NCBI GenBank assembly: GCA_051294375.1
Contig: JBJCIZ010000239.1
Coordinates: 2,927,476 to 2,991,475, forward strand
Source of the DNA: Paraspadella gotoi
Taxonomy: Eukaryota > Animalia > Chaetognatha
Length of the DNA stretch: 64,000 bases
Direction: 5' to 3'
Each line of letters starts with the position of its first letter. Position 1 is the stretch's first letter. The notes beneath the pieces were generated by a model, which was not told where the DNA came from, did not search any database, and saw nothing but the letters and a program-made list of their open reading frames with translations. The translations under genes were made by a program, and so were the position numbers. Shown one piece after another: positions 1 through 21,760 of the stretch.

Positions 1-1099
1 TTTAAGTATAATCTTAAGGCATCTCTTTTCATGCCTTATTTCCAGTGACAGGTGCTGATCGAGTTTGCCCAACTCTTTCTGTCCCGTCCTTAGATCCTTC
101 TTCATTCTGGCAAGGAGATCTTTCATTCGCTTACGTTCTTCGCGCGGAGCTCGAGTACTGGGATTAAAACAAAAATATTTCATTTATAATTATTTTAATC
201 AAAACCCACAAAAACGTCAGAAAAGAGTACCCGTCTATCTGATCAAAGAGGTCCTGAATGGCTTTATTGGCTTCTCCTTTGTTGATATTGTTGTTCAGTT
301 CCCTGACGCTGCCTTTGGCTTTGTAGGCGCGGAATCCCAAATCGCGCACGGAGACAAGAAATTGACGAGTTCCGTCGTTGGCTACCTCGTTACCATAGAG
401 ACCGGTTCCGATAAACAAAACGCAGACGAATATAAAAGCTGAAAAATAAAAAAAAGTTGCCCTTGGATTTTGTCGTTTTATTCTACACGAATTAAACATT
501 AATTTATAAACATACTAATGAGCCAGAAGTTACGGCAACATTTCCCATTTCCTTTAGGGCCTTCGTCCTCCGTCTTTTTTCCATTTCTGTAAAGAAAAAA
601 TATTTCTTTTATTTTTAATTTTATCTATTCAACAATCATGATTATCTCCAAACCTGGCTCTGCAGCAAGCTTGGCAGCATCGGATGCAAAAGTAGACGAG
701 TAAAATAAAGAGGGTCAAAAGAAGCCATAAGAAAGGAACGGCAATGAGAAAGAGAACAGATTCGCGATACTCGTTGCTCTCTGTGACAAAAATAAATAAA
801 AACGAGATTTAGTCACAAGTTAGGGCGAAATTTCAGTCAAAAGGAAAACATACCAGGTTTGAATGTATCGTTGGCGGCAGAAAAATCCCGCTTGAAATGC
901 GGAAAGGCGTGCAAAAACCTGACAAGCCAGTTGGGTGAAGGAATAGAAGTCGGGGGTCCTTCGGTTTGATACGAAAACCTTCAAAAAAAAGTTTACAGTA
1001 ATATAAAGGAATATCCTTCATAATCTGATATAAGCTATTAATTTATCATTACCCGACAGAGTAGTCGTATCTATCCCAGGAGCGAAAGTCGATACTCAT
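1..1099 (-). CDS. tty: Tweety family (TTYH) membrane protein, 5' part; runs off the window start
   Basis: Spliced GT-AG exons give MSIDFRSW...PSPNWLVRFLHAFPHF..NDTFKPESNEYRESVLFLIAVPFLWLLLTLLFLLVYFCIRCC and FIGTGLYGNEVANDG, matching the tweety N-terminus, TM1 and the TM2 GxYGN..NDG motif. Confidence 0.85.
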
Positions 1100-1386
1100 C
1101 TTAATTGTTAACGTGTGAGATCAAGCAGTGAAAACTTCTTTTTTTTTCAATTTGGATGAGACGATCAGAGAAATGTGGGTTTTTTTTTGCAAAAAAAAAT
1201 AGGAGGTAGATGAAATAAGAACATGTCACATGATCCCTCCTTGAGTAAAGTTGGTGATATGCCTCGGTTTTAACACGATCCAGATCATGTAGAAAGTTCG
1301 TAAGAATTAAACGTTAACATATCAAAGCTAAAATAAAAATGGGTCGACAGAAAAATGAACAATAAGCAAAACGGGAGATGCCAATC

Positions 1387-4300
1387 TTAATCTGGCAAAA
1401 TGGCTAAGTTTACGAGGTGTCTCATGGTGGGGCGGCCGTGAGGGCAATTCCAAGGATGATCGAGCGTCGCCATGTGATCGACGATTTGACGCATTTCCGA
1501 TCGATTGAGCGCCGTGCCGATCATAACGGATTTGCGGCACGCACGGGACGCGAACATCTTTCGCACTCGCGACGGTCGACATAGCGTTCCTGTGAATTTA
1601 ATGAATAATAAATAAATAAATATTTGAAACAAACATTTTCATCTTCATTTACCCGGCGTGAGTTCGGATAGCATGAACAACATCTCCTCCACGTCGCTGT
1701 GACCAAAGTTCCAGTCTTTGCTTATGGGTACGGAGCTAAGTTTAACCCTCTCTCCTCCAGGAGCCTTCGGATCAAAATCAAACTTAAACCCGTTTTTGGC
1801 AAAGACCTCCAGATTCTCCTCCAGCACGATCTCGTTTGCTGGACTGAGATCCAGTCGTTGAGGGATGATGAGTTTCTGACTACGGATGATTGTGTCTCGT
1901 TGCAGAGTCTCGAAGTTGTACTTTTCGTCGGTGGCGTGTTGGTCTATGATGAAGAGATCCTCGTCGAGTTTGACGACGATGAATCCCAAATTGAACTGAC
2001 CCAAAATGGTCATTCGCGCGAACTTATCCTTGGATATCTCTCGTCTCAGTTCCTCCTCCGCCTCTTCGTTCTTCGAGGGATCGATCTTAGCGCGAAAAGC
2101 CGAGTGACGAATTTCCTCGTCGGCTGATTTGATTTGAATTCCTCGAATTTTTCGTTCGATTGAATTCAAGTCGAAGTTGAGAGAAGCGACGCTTCTTCGA
2201 TGATCTTTTTCCATCGGACGATCTATCTCGTAGTCGTCGCTCCTCGATCGATCGCCGGGCGCCGTGTCCTTAGTCTTGACGAAATCGCGCCGCCCGAATA
2301 ACGACGAATCTTGATCTCTTTTGGACGGAGGCGTGAAAAAAAGTTCGAGCGCCTCGTCTTCAAAGTTTTTCTTCTCTCCATCCTCTTGGTTCGTCCGACG
2401 GATTTTCACAGGCCAATTGACTTCCTCATCCTCATCCTCGACTTTTCGCGCTCTTTTTCTTTCCTCCACGCCACGCCTCAGTCTCGCCAATGGACTTTCG
2501 ACTAGAGTAGGAGTTGTTGAGTTGGTCGTGTCCTTTCTGGAAAACGAAGCTCTTTCGCCGTCTCCGTCGTCATTATGGCTAGCGGAAGAAGAAGAAGAAG
2601 AAGGAGAGGCTCGTGAAAAAGCGAACCGTCGGAGGGAGGATTGTGGCGTGCTAGTTTTTCCCACCGAAATCCCTTTCACTTCTTCTCTCTTTTCTTTTTT
2701 GTAGTCTGGGAAAATTATGGTCCCGTCCAGCGGGAGGCCCAGTTTGGCCGAGCAGTGGATAAGGCTGTTCGTGTTGTAGAGGTTGACTTGGGTCTCGAAC
2801 AGTTTGATCAACGACGTCTTCAAAGTCGCCAAAAACAACTTTTCTTTCTCCATGAACATTTGGCGTTTGTTCGGCGTGACGTTGATATCTATGGTGTCCC
2901 GCTTCGCCCTCACTCTGGATTTATATAGGTGACAAGTTATAGGGAAAATTCTGTAGCAGAATAATTTGTGGTTCATTTCAAATGAGATTGAGTTCTTCAA
3001 TTCCATTTACTTATTGTAGCAGTTTAAATCATTTCTCATATCTTTTGATGCAATTTTCACAGTAGTCTTATTTTACGGTTTTCGCAATACTTTTAATAGG
3101 TTTTAATAATGATTTAGTTTTCCATTAATTATTTCGAATCATTCATTGTGATGATTGTATGCTTTACAAATGGAAGTATTTTTCTTGTTCTGGGAGACTG
3201 GCTCATGTTTGATAAAAGATTGTTATTGTCAAAGGCCTAGCTATTAGTCACTGTTACTGTTTATGATTATGTCAAAACTGTTTTTGGTATTAATAAAAAA
3301 AAAAAAAAAAAAAAAAGGAGGAAAAATAGGATTTCAGGGTCGGTCTGAACCACTATGCCCTTTTCTTAGCTTACCACTTATAATATAATAATAATATGTA
3401 TCTCGTGTAATATTAATAATGTTAAGTTAAATTAAATTAAGTTAAATTATTCTGCTACAATTCTTTTTTCCCTCACTCTCTGTTCAACTTGGTCGCAAGA
3501 TGACCATTGACCAACCTCAAAGCAATAAAAGGCGTTTGATGTCTATTGTACTGACGGTAAACATCGTTGACGAGTCGAAAGACTTTGGAAGAGTCGCAAG
3601 GGCGACCGTTGATGAAGAAGAATTGCCTGTCCGCGCTCGATCGGCCCTTTCCGTGTTCTGGAAAAGAATAAATTCGGTTGAAAGGGAAAAAAAAATTGGA
3701 TCGATCGGAGCCAAAACGGAAAAAACGGAGTCGTTGATCCGACCGGCGGAGGAGACGAATCCGTCGAGTTCAAAGTCAATGTCGTCTTCTTTTAAATCTT
3801 CTTTTAAATCTTTTAAACCGAAATCTGAGGCGACGTCGTCCGTCGGAGCATGTTGGCTCAACTCATTCAAGGATTGAAGCTGAATGAAAAGAAGGCAAAA
3901 ATGAAAATTGGAGAACAAATTTAAGAAAAACAAACTGCCTTGTCCATACTCAATTACTCATTGCATTAAAAATTCCCGATGAAAACCTGTTTAAATCCGA
4001 AGATGTTCAAAATATTTTCCTTCAGGCTCTGGTTCCCATTGGTCGAGAAGACAAGTTGTTTCGCATCTTTGCCCGATTTCTCGGAAATATTGAAGAGGCA
4101 AACTCGGACCCCGGTAAGAACCAAAGCGTAACCCTAAGGGGAGCAAACGTGGCATATTTTTAAATTTCAGTAAAACAATAGATTAACAAAACTCTTGAAT
4201 GCTACCTGAAGAATGCCAATCATTTTGGCATATTCCTTTTTGATGTTCTTCAAAAATTCCCGATGCCGAACGGGAAGAGAATGGAAAAGATCGGTCACCG

Positions 4301-5012
4301 TCACCGTCGTTCCCACCTTTTTAATGGCAAAGTATTTTCTAAATTTAATTCAATATTTTATTTAACTATACGGGAAATAACCATCTGACTTACATACTTG
4401 GCGAGGGCTTATTTCAGTTTTCGCAAGGTCCCCCAGAGAGTTAAATTCCAGTCTTGATCCAACCGAGTCGTTTTTATGTCTGGAGTAATATTAGCATTGT
4501 AATCACGTATCGCGCGATGAATTTTGATATTTTGCTACTAAACCTCGTATGAACCGAAAGATTGCCGAGCGAGCAGAGCGAACTGAGAGCTTCGCCGCGA
4601 AACCCAAACGTCTCCATGTTGCTGAGATCGGAAAAGGCCCTGAGTTTGGAGGTGTGGTGCTTGAGGCCGAGTCCCGCGAAGTTAGAAGGTTCGACTCCGG
4701 AACCGTTGTCCACGACTTCGATCATTTGAGCGCCGAAGCCGCGAACTCTGATCTCCACCGAAGTCGCACCCGCGTCCACGCTGTTTTCCAACAGCTCCTT
4801 CAAGGCGGTTCCGAGCGTGAGTATTACCTGAGGTGAGGTAAGGTAAAAGAAGTCTTATATATCCGCATCGCTTCTACTCAATCCGCAGCCATTACCTGCC
4901 CCGAACATATTTTATGAATGGACGTTTTATCGATCGCGGTGATGACGGTTTTATCATCAGAGGTCGACGAAGTTTCATCTTCGTGATCGGAATTGTCCAC
5001 CGGTTCTTCCAT
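1387..5012 (-). CDS. PMS2: Mismatch repair endonuclease PMS2 (MutL family), about 9 exons
   Basis: [32 protein letters not shown] (GHKL ATPase), [12 protein letters not shown] endonuclease motif, ACR and CPHGRP; exon junctions are phase-consistent. Confidence 0.96.
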
Positions 5013-5377
5013 TGTACTTTGAAGATAATTTCATGAGTCGATAAGAATTAAGAAACAAACATCGCAAAATTCGCGATTCATATCGTTCGTCCGATGAAGC
5101 GATTCTTAATTTCGCGCTTTAAAACATTAAATTTTACTTTAAAACTGTCAAAAGCGGCATGGACGTTAATTTAGGTCAATGAAATACATTAGTGGGTAGT
5201 AACTGCCATGGGTGACGCGATACAAGATTGTAAAAAATACGTTTCATAAGCCGTAAGTTGCGTGTCTCTTGCAAGAAAAATTTAAAAATAATCATAATAA
5301 TAATAATACCAAAGTGTTAAGTTTTAATTTCATTGGGATCAATTGGGTTAAGACAATTTATGACTAGACGAAATGGT

Positions 5378-13717
<8,340 letters not shown>

Positions 13718-13877
13718 CTATGTCCGTCGCTAAATCTTTCTAACAAGCTGTACTCGCGAAAAGCATCGTTACGTCACTGTTCCGACTGTGAAAAACAACA
13801 GAATTTAACAATAAAAATAAAAAATGTCAAGGTTTGCAAACAAACAAACAAAAAAGACTTGGAAATCACTTCATCGA

Positions 13878-14959
13878 TCATTTTTCTTCTATAACAAAAT
13901 CAAGGTAATCGACATCTTTCTCTTCTCCGTTTTCTTCCATCTTTTCCACATGGTGTTCAGTGGAAGTCTGGTTTTTGTCGTCGTCGTCGTCGTCGTCTTC
14001 CTCGAACCACTTGTCCTGCGCATCTCGCCCGATCATCTCCAAGTCGTCGAAGTCTTCGTCGTCGTCTATGGCGCCGTAATCGACGCCGAAGACGCCGTCT
14101 CCTCCGTCGAGGAACTGTTCCCTCATGCTCGAGCGAAATTCGGATTCCATCAATTCTTTTTCCTCAGTCGGAATTTGGGCTTTTCTACTTTCTTCTTCTT
14201 CCTCCTTATCGTCGTCCTCTTTCTCATCATTATCCTCTTCTTCTTCTTCGTCTTCGTCCTCCTCCTCTTCATCCTCTTCCCCCTCTAAGTGCTTCTGATA
14301 TTTTTCGAACTTGTTTGTTTCGCTTTCGTCGTAGCATCTCAGCAAATAACGAGAAAAGGTGGCGGGGCCGGCGCCAATTCTTTGCCGACCGGCGTCGTTG
14401 GGAGAGGCATCGCCGCATTCTTCCGTCATTTCCACCGCTGCCTCGCGAGACCGCTTCTCCGAGATTTCCTCCGCCGTCAAGTTGCTCTCGACGAGTTCCG
14501 AGTAGAGGAGCGGATTTCGCCGCCGCATTCGCTGTTCGCTAATGAAAACAAAATAAGGGAGGGTAATTTAATAAAGATAAAAAAAAACAAAATGGCATCG
14601 AGAACGAAGGATGAAGCGGAAAAGCATTCGAAACATCACCTAAAAAAGTTTTCAGAATCGAAAGTCTTCATCGCGCAGAATCTTCGGTTTTTTATTTTCG
14701 TCTTTTGTTTTTTCAAGTCGAACCCTTCCTTTAATTCTTTTATACAATACGCCACCTCGTAATCGTCCGTATTGTCTTCGAACTCTTCCAAGTGCTGCTC
14801 CTCCAAAAAGGAGCCGAATCGCCGCAAGAAGGCAGCAGGCTGAGTCTTTAATACTTTGGTTAATTCTTCCTCCTTTTCCGTCCGAGTCAAATCGGGCTCG
14901 CCCTTTTGTAGGGATTTGACGAGATAACCCGGGCACCTTTCCACCAATTGCTTTATCAT
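13878..14959 (-). CDS. CCDC97: CCDC97 (DUF2052-like), 2 exons
   Basis: QKGEPDLT, PAAFLRRFGSFL, IKNRR, FFSEQRMRRRNPLLY, acidic tract, FLDGGD..DYGAIDDDEDFDDL...DAQDKWFEED. Confidence 0.9.
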
Positions 14960-15274
14960 TCTTATTTTTAGTCAATTTTTTTTATTCTGACGCCGAATTT
15001 AGTTTCAAGTTGGACGATATTTTTTTCAGCGACATGACGTAAAATATTTCGGGATTCGATAAATCGGCTGAGCTAATGATAAAGAAAAAATAATTAAGAA
15101 AAAGAGTTAGAATACGTAGCTTCAATACTTTCGTAGCGAAAGGCATTGATCGAACAGTTGTTTTGATTTTTAGAGTTTTTTATTTTCCTTTCTGTCAGTC
15201 GAAACATCTTCAAAGTATAAAGCTAAAAATGATAAAAAATCCACCTAAATTAGGACTATTGTAAAAACGGAAAC

Positions 15275-16440
15275 ATGGCGTCATCGGTGTTTGGAAAAGA
15301 TGAGGTTGGTTTATTCCGACGTCCTTCAGATGGTAATAACAAGCGAGAAAATGTAGTTTAACAACCCAATTACCAGGCGCGTTTAGTCAGGCTGGAAATT
15401 CCTCCGATGATGCGTTATTGCGCTGGAACTTGTCCTTGCACTTGGGTTACTGCAATATCTTTACCCAACTTGGTTTACTGCTACAAAATTTGGAACGAAT
15501 GTAATAAAGGTAAATTTAAAATTAAGATAATTCCATGTCACTATTTTAAAGCACTGAAATGCATTCAGAAACCAACTGCGACCGAGAAATATTTTACGAG
15601 ACAACGCTGACAGGGTCATACTTACAAGAGGTAAGTGGAGTCGGCCGCGCAGAAGGTTACAGAATTGCAGAAAAACCCAATCCACAACTAAACAATGCAG
15701 GAAATAAACTATTTAAAAGCCTTGATACCCGCCCAATCGTTAATGGGACTATCGTCGTATTTCGCGTGGTACTATGGATATGGATTTTATGGCCCAGCCA
15801 AGTATTCACTACTTATTTATGGAATTACGCTCGCGTGTCATTCCTCGGCTCATTTAAGCGATATTACTTCCAACAATACTATTTTAATTCATCGCGCAGG
15901 TAAATTTACTGATTGTAGAAGAGTAAACAAAACGCTTTTACTGCTTTTAATACTTTAATAATATTTTAATACTTTAATTTTCGAGTTTGTGCGTTTGGAA
16001 CGCTGCTGTGTTCCATTTCCTTTATGCAAGTCAGCAAGCTCGCTTCTATGCTCATGCTCCCATCGTTCAGCGTTTACTCTTACTTAACCTACCTTACGTG
16101 GGTGGGAAAAAGCGGTGACACTAATAGGAATAACCAAGTAAGCGGCTGACTATTCAAACTGACTAGATGAGGAAATGACTGGTTTTTTTTTTTTTAATGA
16201 TAGGAAACTGAATTCGATTTCGACGAGGACAGAAACGTTAACAACAGGACGAAGGAGTCGAAGAAGAAGCGAAGAACGAAGAAGCGCTCGATTTTAAGGA
16301 GCGGAACAGCGAAGCGACAAAGAATAAAACCCATGGTTTCGTTCAGCGACGCCGTCGATTATCAATGTCCTAAATTGGTGTCTCCATCTTCGTCGAGCTC
16401 ATCGTCCTCGAACGAGAACGGCTCGGGCGTATCTGATTAG
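15275..16440 (+). CDS. Divergent TSPO/MBR-like membrane protein with a basic/Ser-rich C-terminal extension, 6 exons, about 270 aa
   Basis: Exons 15275-15304, 15377-15509, 15569-15630, 15701-15899, 15986-16137 and 16204-16440 join through GT-AG introns into one 813-nt ORF. LMGLSSYFAWYYGYGFYGPAKYSLLIYGITLA and QVSKLASMLMLPSF resemble TSPO MGYxSYLVW..GG...LxLYxxQL and QVSPLAARLLYPY. Confidence 0.65.
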
Positions 16441-16755
16441 AAAAAAAAAATAAATTTTTTGTATAAACGACGATTTAAATTCGTGGCCAGAGGAAAAAAA
16501 TTAGCTGTTTGTTTTAATTTAGATGCGAGATTGACCAAAAAAAAAAACAAATTTGGGCACCAAGTTGATAAACAAAAACAAACAAATGGGGTAAAACTTT
16601 TTTTTCAGAAACAAAGTTTATGTATCCAATCGTGCAACCTGGACGATTTTAACGCTAAAAAAACTGAGAAAAGCGTTTATCACACAGCCGCGAAATGAAC
16701 CTCATTAAACCAGGTGATTTGACACATCGATAATTTGACGTTGAATTTCTTTGTC

Positions 16756-19700
16756 TCATTTCCATTCGTCGTCCTCCTCGAATAATTTGACTTTAGATTC
16801 GAAAGCCTTTTCCCTTTCCTTCTTTCGCCTGAGACTAAATCTCTTCGCACTGTTTTTCGCCGCTTTCCCCGTTTTCTTTTTTCATCTCGTCTTGATTCGA
16901 CGGTTCATCGTCGATACTCGCGGAGACGGGGCTCCGTCCGAGTTCGGATCCTTTGCCCTTGTCGTCGTCGTCGTGGTCGTCGTCGCGCAGCTCGCCTTCT
17001 TCTCCTTCCGAAATAATTTCTCCCTCATCTACGTCCGACGCGGTCCTCTTTCGAGACGGCGGAACCGCTTCCGACAAAGACGACGCTAACGCTGGAGCAG
17101 CTTTCGGAAGAGACGACCCTTTCGACGGCGCCGCCTTTACGGGAGGGAGAGCCTCCTTCGCTCGCACAGCTTTGGCCAACGACGCTTTGGCCTGCGCAGT
17201 TTCCGACTCGGCGACGGGGGCTGTTGTCGTCGATGACCCGGTCGCCATATGCCCGAGCCAGAAATTCCTTGGCTTTGGTCTTGGCCGCTGTCACGGCCTG
17301 CTTGGTCCAAGAGTAGGGCGATTTTTCGAGAGCCTTGGCACGTTTAGCCGCGGTATCGCCGTCGGCGCCGTTCGATGATCCGAGTTCCGCTTGAGACGCG
17401 TTGCGCTTCCGAGAGTTCTGAGGCGTGGTTGCGATTTCGTCGGCGTTCGCGCTTCGTGGTGAATCGAATCGGGACATAAAGGAGTCCAAGTATTGGGCAA
17501 AAGGAATGACGGTGTAGGTTTTCGAGGCCGCAATACCGGTGCCGCCGTAAAAGTGCTTGGCGGCCTGAGCCCGAAAATCTTTGTCCTTCAACGTTATGAA
17601 TGCTGCCAGAAATGAGATATTTGTAAATTGCCAACTCAAATATCGTCAAAATTTAATGTTTTAGGTTCTGGCTCCTACCGCTTGTCTCGTCGATCCAAGA
17701 TATCATTATCTGACCAAATTGGCGAAAAAGACTGAAAATGTCGGGAGCCTTCCAGTCTTGGGGAAGGTGAGATGAAAGACGTGATCCCTGGCGGGATCGA
17801 GGTCGGGTCCATCGAGAGAGAGATACGACAAGTCGGGCGAAGATCTCATCAGGTGCAGTTTGTTAATGTAGGGAGCCAGAATTTTCGAGTCAGCGGAGAA
17901 TAATGTCTAAAGAAAAAAAAAGACACAAAGAATGACTTGTGCTTATGTATTGAGTTGTTCCACATGAACAAGCTCCTGCCTCAGGCCCTTGGCAAAACAA
18001 AGAAACAACCTCCGGAGGGTCGAGAAAGGATTGAAGGTATCCCACCATAGTAGCAAAACACAACCCCGTGATGTAAGCGTCGTATCCCGCCTCGTGGAGC
18101 GGCCCATCATCGTCAGTTCCTTTTGATCTATCGTAACGATCGAATCCATCGGGGAAGCGAATCTTTGGGGGTTTGAAGGGCGTCTCCATTAGACGGTTGC
18201 GAAGAGGACCTGAGGACGCGAGGATTTGGGGATAAAGATAAAGATAAAGATTCCTTCTCAAAAACATTTACCCAAAGAATGATCGATAATCATTTCTTTG
18301 AAGGGGAGGTTCGAGGCGAGAACTTTGGTGTCGACGACGCGGGGGAACGTTTCGTGAGCGAGGGATTTAAACTCATCGTAGTCTTCTGGGAGATCAGGAC
18401 TCACGAAGTCGTGGAGAATGTGAAGCAAATCCAAAAACATGTTGTGGCCTGAGCGGAATATTTTTTTTTTTTCATTCACAAATTATTCCCCCCAAAAAAT
18501 GTATTTGAAAATACTGCGACTCGCAAAACGGGTAACTGACCGACAAGAACTTTTCCCGACGAAGCGATGTCCCGAAGGACATGAGTGAACCCCAGCGAGT
18601 CGTCAAGCTCTTTTAACTTCTCCTTATGCTTCTCTTCGGCGAGACGACGTTTCTCTTCTTCGTCGGCTTTGGTCAAAGATACGAAGCGGTCCTTCTTCGT
18701 GTTGATCTTAGTTTCGGCCTGAACGACTGAAAGTAAAAAAATATATTTGATAAGATTTCCCCTGATGTATAAGGTACTGAAAAAAATCCAAGAGGAATCA
18801 CCTGCAGCGTGTTTCTGCGAAACGGTTTGAAATATTAGTTTCCTTTGAAAACCGTTGCAAGGATCGAAATCCAAAGTTTTTTTCGTTTCGTCCCCGAGGA
18901 ATTCCTCGATTTTTTGCAAAATTCCCTCGACGAAGCTCTTGTGTTCCTCGGGAATCTCCACGATAGGGTTAATCCCCTGCAATCCCCCGAGCGGCTGCAT
19001 GGGCGACGAACCCGTCGACGGCGTTCTTCCTTCCAGCTGCAGCTTCTCCAACAGCCTCTGATCGTTTCGTTTCTCCACGAGTTCGTCTTTAAGCTTGTGG
19101 TAAACGTTTAGAGGAAGATAACTAACTCCCTCTTTGAAGGCCTTGTTGAAGTCGAAGTTCTGCGCCGTGAGAAAATCGATGGAGGATGTTTGGCAGAGGA
19201 ATCTGGCGTCCGGGGCGGCGCGACCGAAAGGGACCGGGGGAAAGACAAAGACGTGAAGGGTCGACGCCAAGTATGAATCGGTGGTGGAGTCGGTTCGAAG
19301 GCGTCAGACGCCGATCTGGCGGAAAATGTAAAGTATTAACTAATCAAGAGATATGATGTGCAATTTATGGTTCCAATGGAAACCGGGATTCTTCATGGCT
19401 CCTCTCCACCACGTGTTGCTACTTTGTTCAGATGTCGTGTTGCTCCACAAGAAGGACAAAAGATAAAACGGAAAAGCAGGATACTCCTGCTCTTCCTCCC
19501 CTCTCTTCCTCCTATCAGATACTAGCTCAGCGAAACCGACGCACGAATCACTCAGTCCACAAGACCCATCTGAGAGAGACTCCACGCCGACTCCGACAGT
19601 AGAAACGGAAGAAGGTCTGTGCTCCAGACCAATCCCCTGCACGTAGAATAACGTCCAGATCCACGCCCATGGCAAAAGCTTCCGATAAGCCATAGAGCGT

Positions 19701-21760
19701 GTCGAGCAGGTGGCGCGTCGATGTCCGCTCTCCAAGATCGACTTGAGAATCGATGAATAAACGTTGAGAGATAATGGACCATAAGGAGGCGTTGGAGAAG
19801 TAAAGAGGAAATCGTCGTTGAGGTCGCAAATCCTGACGAACACGAACCAAAAACCAAAGCAGAGACTGGGCAACCGACTTGAGCCATGCAGTCTACCAAC
19901 GAAAAGCAGGACCCATGACGACGAAAACTATCAGTCTTGGGACAGTTGAGGAAGGCACAAACGACGTGGTCAGCAGCAAATCCATGTGACTAGGTCCACA
20001 ACGAAGCGAAGCCACTCTGAAGGCTCTTGCAGAGGCCATGGCAAGGAGGAAAATTGTATCCTCAAAACATGAGCCGAGAAAATAGTAAGCGAAGTATCAA
20101 AACTCGCAGACTGCGGCGACACTCCAAGCCGGGAACATCCTGCGCGAAGGAGGGCGTTTTTGGAAGACACCCTTCAGCAAACGGCAGACCAAAGGATGTT
20201 GACCCACTGGAGAACCATCCACATGAGGCAAAATAGCGGAGATAGCCGATCTGTGCAAATTCACTGTGCTGTAAGACAGACCGTCGTCGCTGAGATGGGC
20301 CGAGATACTCGAGAACGTCTTCAAAGCGGCCTGATGTCCTCGAAGGCCCCTACGCTGAAGAAGGTAGTCAAAACATCGCCAGACACTGTTCGTAACGGAT
20401 CCTGTGTCCCCTCCAGCTGTCGGGATGAGTGAAAAGCTGAGTTGTTGAGGTCTTGAGACCTTGGCCCTCCTATAATCCTCCAGACGACAACTTGAGGCGA
20501 GCCGAGAGCTTGGGAGGACGCCCTTGGCTTGTCCAACACCAATCGACGAGACACGGAACGAAGACCTCCAACACCCGAAGAGTCACAACAACGGGAACCA
20601 CTTCTGGCTGGCCAAAGGGGTCACAGAAGAAACTCCCCTGGGCCTCCTCAACTTGAGGATCACCTTCGGATCAAAGGAGAGGGGAAACAACGTAAGCCCT
20701 GTCGAAAATCCAAACTGATTGAGGGCATCCAGTCCGAGAGAATCCTCCTCCATCTTCAAGAGAAGTAGCGAGGACCTTGACGGGAGAGCGCCGTCGCAAC
20801 AGATCTATCTGGGCAAACCCAGACGCGTCGAAATCCGTCGAATAAACTTGGGGAGAGAGATGCCAATCCTGAACTGCTCTTCCGCGTGATGCTGCATCCG
20901 CGATCAATTCCCTCCGATGAAATGTGCGTCCCCAACAATTGGATCTGCAGGAATGGAGCCAGAAGGAGAGAATCCCCTGACAACTTCGTTGAAGATCCTG
21001 TGAGCGGCTGCAGGAGCGGCGGAGACAAACCAGAGACACTAAGCTGTCGGTCTTCCACAAAAGATTTGCGCCCTGGATGCTGACCGAAGGAATGCAGGAA
21101 CTTGAGAGGGCTCATGAACTCCTCACAGTTATATGGAGATGGGCATCCACAGCTTCCCAAATCCCGGGCCGGTGAGAGCTCCGGNNNNNNNNNNNNNNNN
21201 NNNNNNNNNCTAGAAATTAAGGCATTTCTCTTGGGAAGCGAAATGCGAGACGAAGCAGAAATGGCACGCGACGGGAACCGGAATGCGGTACGAGGCGTTG
21301 ACGTACCAGAGAAAATTAAATTTGGCGCCGTCGATGTGAAGATTCGCCATTTTGCAAAAAAAAAATGGAAGAAAGAAAAAAAAATACTGCCGGAAATCGT
21401 TAGAGGATCTGTCTGAATGGGAGGATCGTAATTAGAAATGACGAGAATCCGAATGAATATGAGTCATTTCTAGACAAGCAATTTTTTCCCCCTTTTCTCA
21501 TAGGGCGAAAAAATAAAAAAAAGGAAAAAATCCCTCCGAGGAAGTCAATCTCCGACCTCACCTGCATCATAAGAAAGTCGACGGCCCCGGATTCCTTGAG
21601 CTTAGGATCGCATCTTCGGCGAATCCAGCGCCCGTCAAAGTCGTCTTCCGTTGGCTGAGGTCCGGTTGAATTCCGCCGTCGATGCTGACGAAGGCGGCCG
21701 ACGCGATCGACTCGCGGAAAAAGTTCAAAGCGGCGGGAAAGTTTTGACGTGTTTTTCCAT
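16756..21760 (-). CDS. PARN: Poly(A)-specific ribonuclease PARN; several indels in this assembly
   Basis: TRQNF..F.SIDG(EF) start, [28 protein letters not shown] (R3H), [46 protein letters not shown], and C-terminal LFEEDDEWK. Frameshifts are needed near 21755, 21670, 19305, 17760, 17250 and 16850. Confidence 0.9.
19340..21480 (-). mobile_element. DIRS1-like tyrosine-recombinase retrotransposon, partial and spanning a gap, in PARN intron 1
   Basis: [13 protein letters not shown]...[19 protein letters not shown] (YR N-terminus), [19 protein letters not shown]...TFFRFY (YR catalytic Tyr), plus RNase H/methyltransferase-like remnants (ADAASR...DWHL, FPP, P.WP). The element boundaries are approximate. 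Confidence 0.85.
21185..21209. other. Assembly gap (N run)
   Basis: 25 N bases. Confidence 1.

Noticed and set aside
1222-1290. Hairpin followed by ACA on the minus strand between PMS2 and tweety
   Set aside because: Single hairpin with a poor pseudouridylation pocket and no H box; could be chance.
15407-15730. CPxxW...CYK...EEINYL first read as a C-type lectin fragment
   Set aside because: There is no WIGL motif or C-terminal cysteines, and the full spliced ORF fits a TSPO-like multi-pass protein better.
19300-19315. In-frame TGA at the conserved Cys position of PARN (IGV*RL), suggesting recoding or selenocysteine
   Set aside because: Neighbouring residues are also off-consensus and fit two compensating indels in an error-rich region; TGA is used as a normal stop in other genes here.
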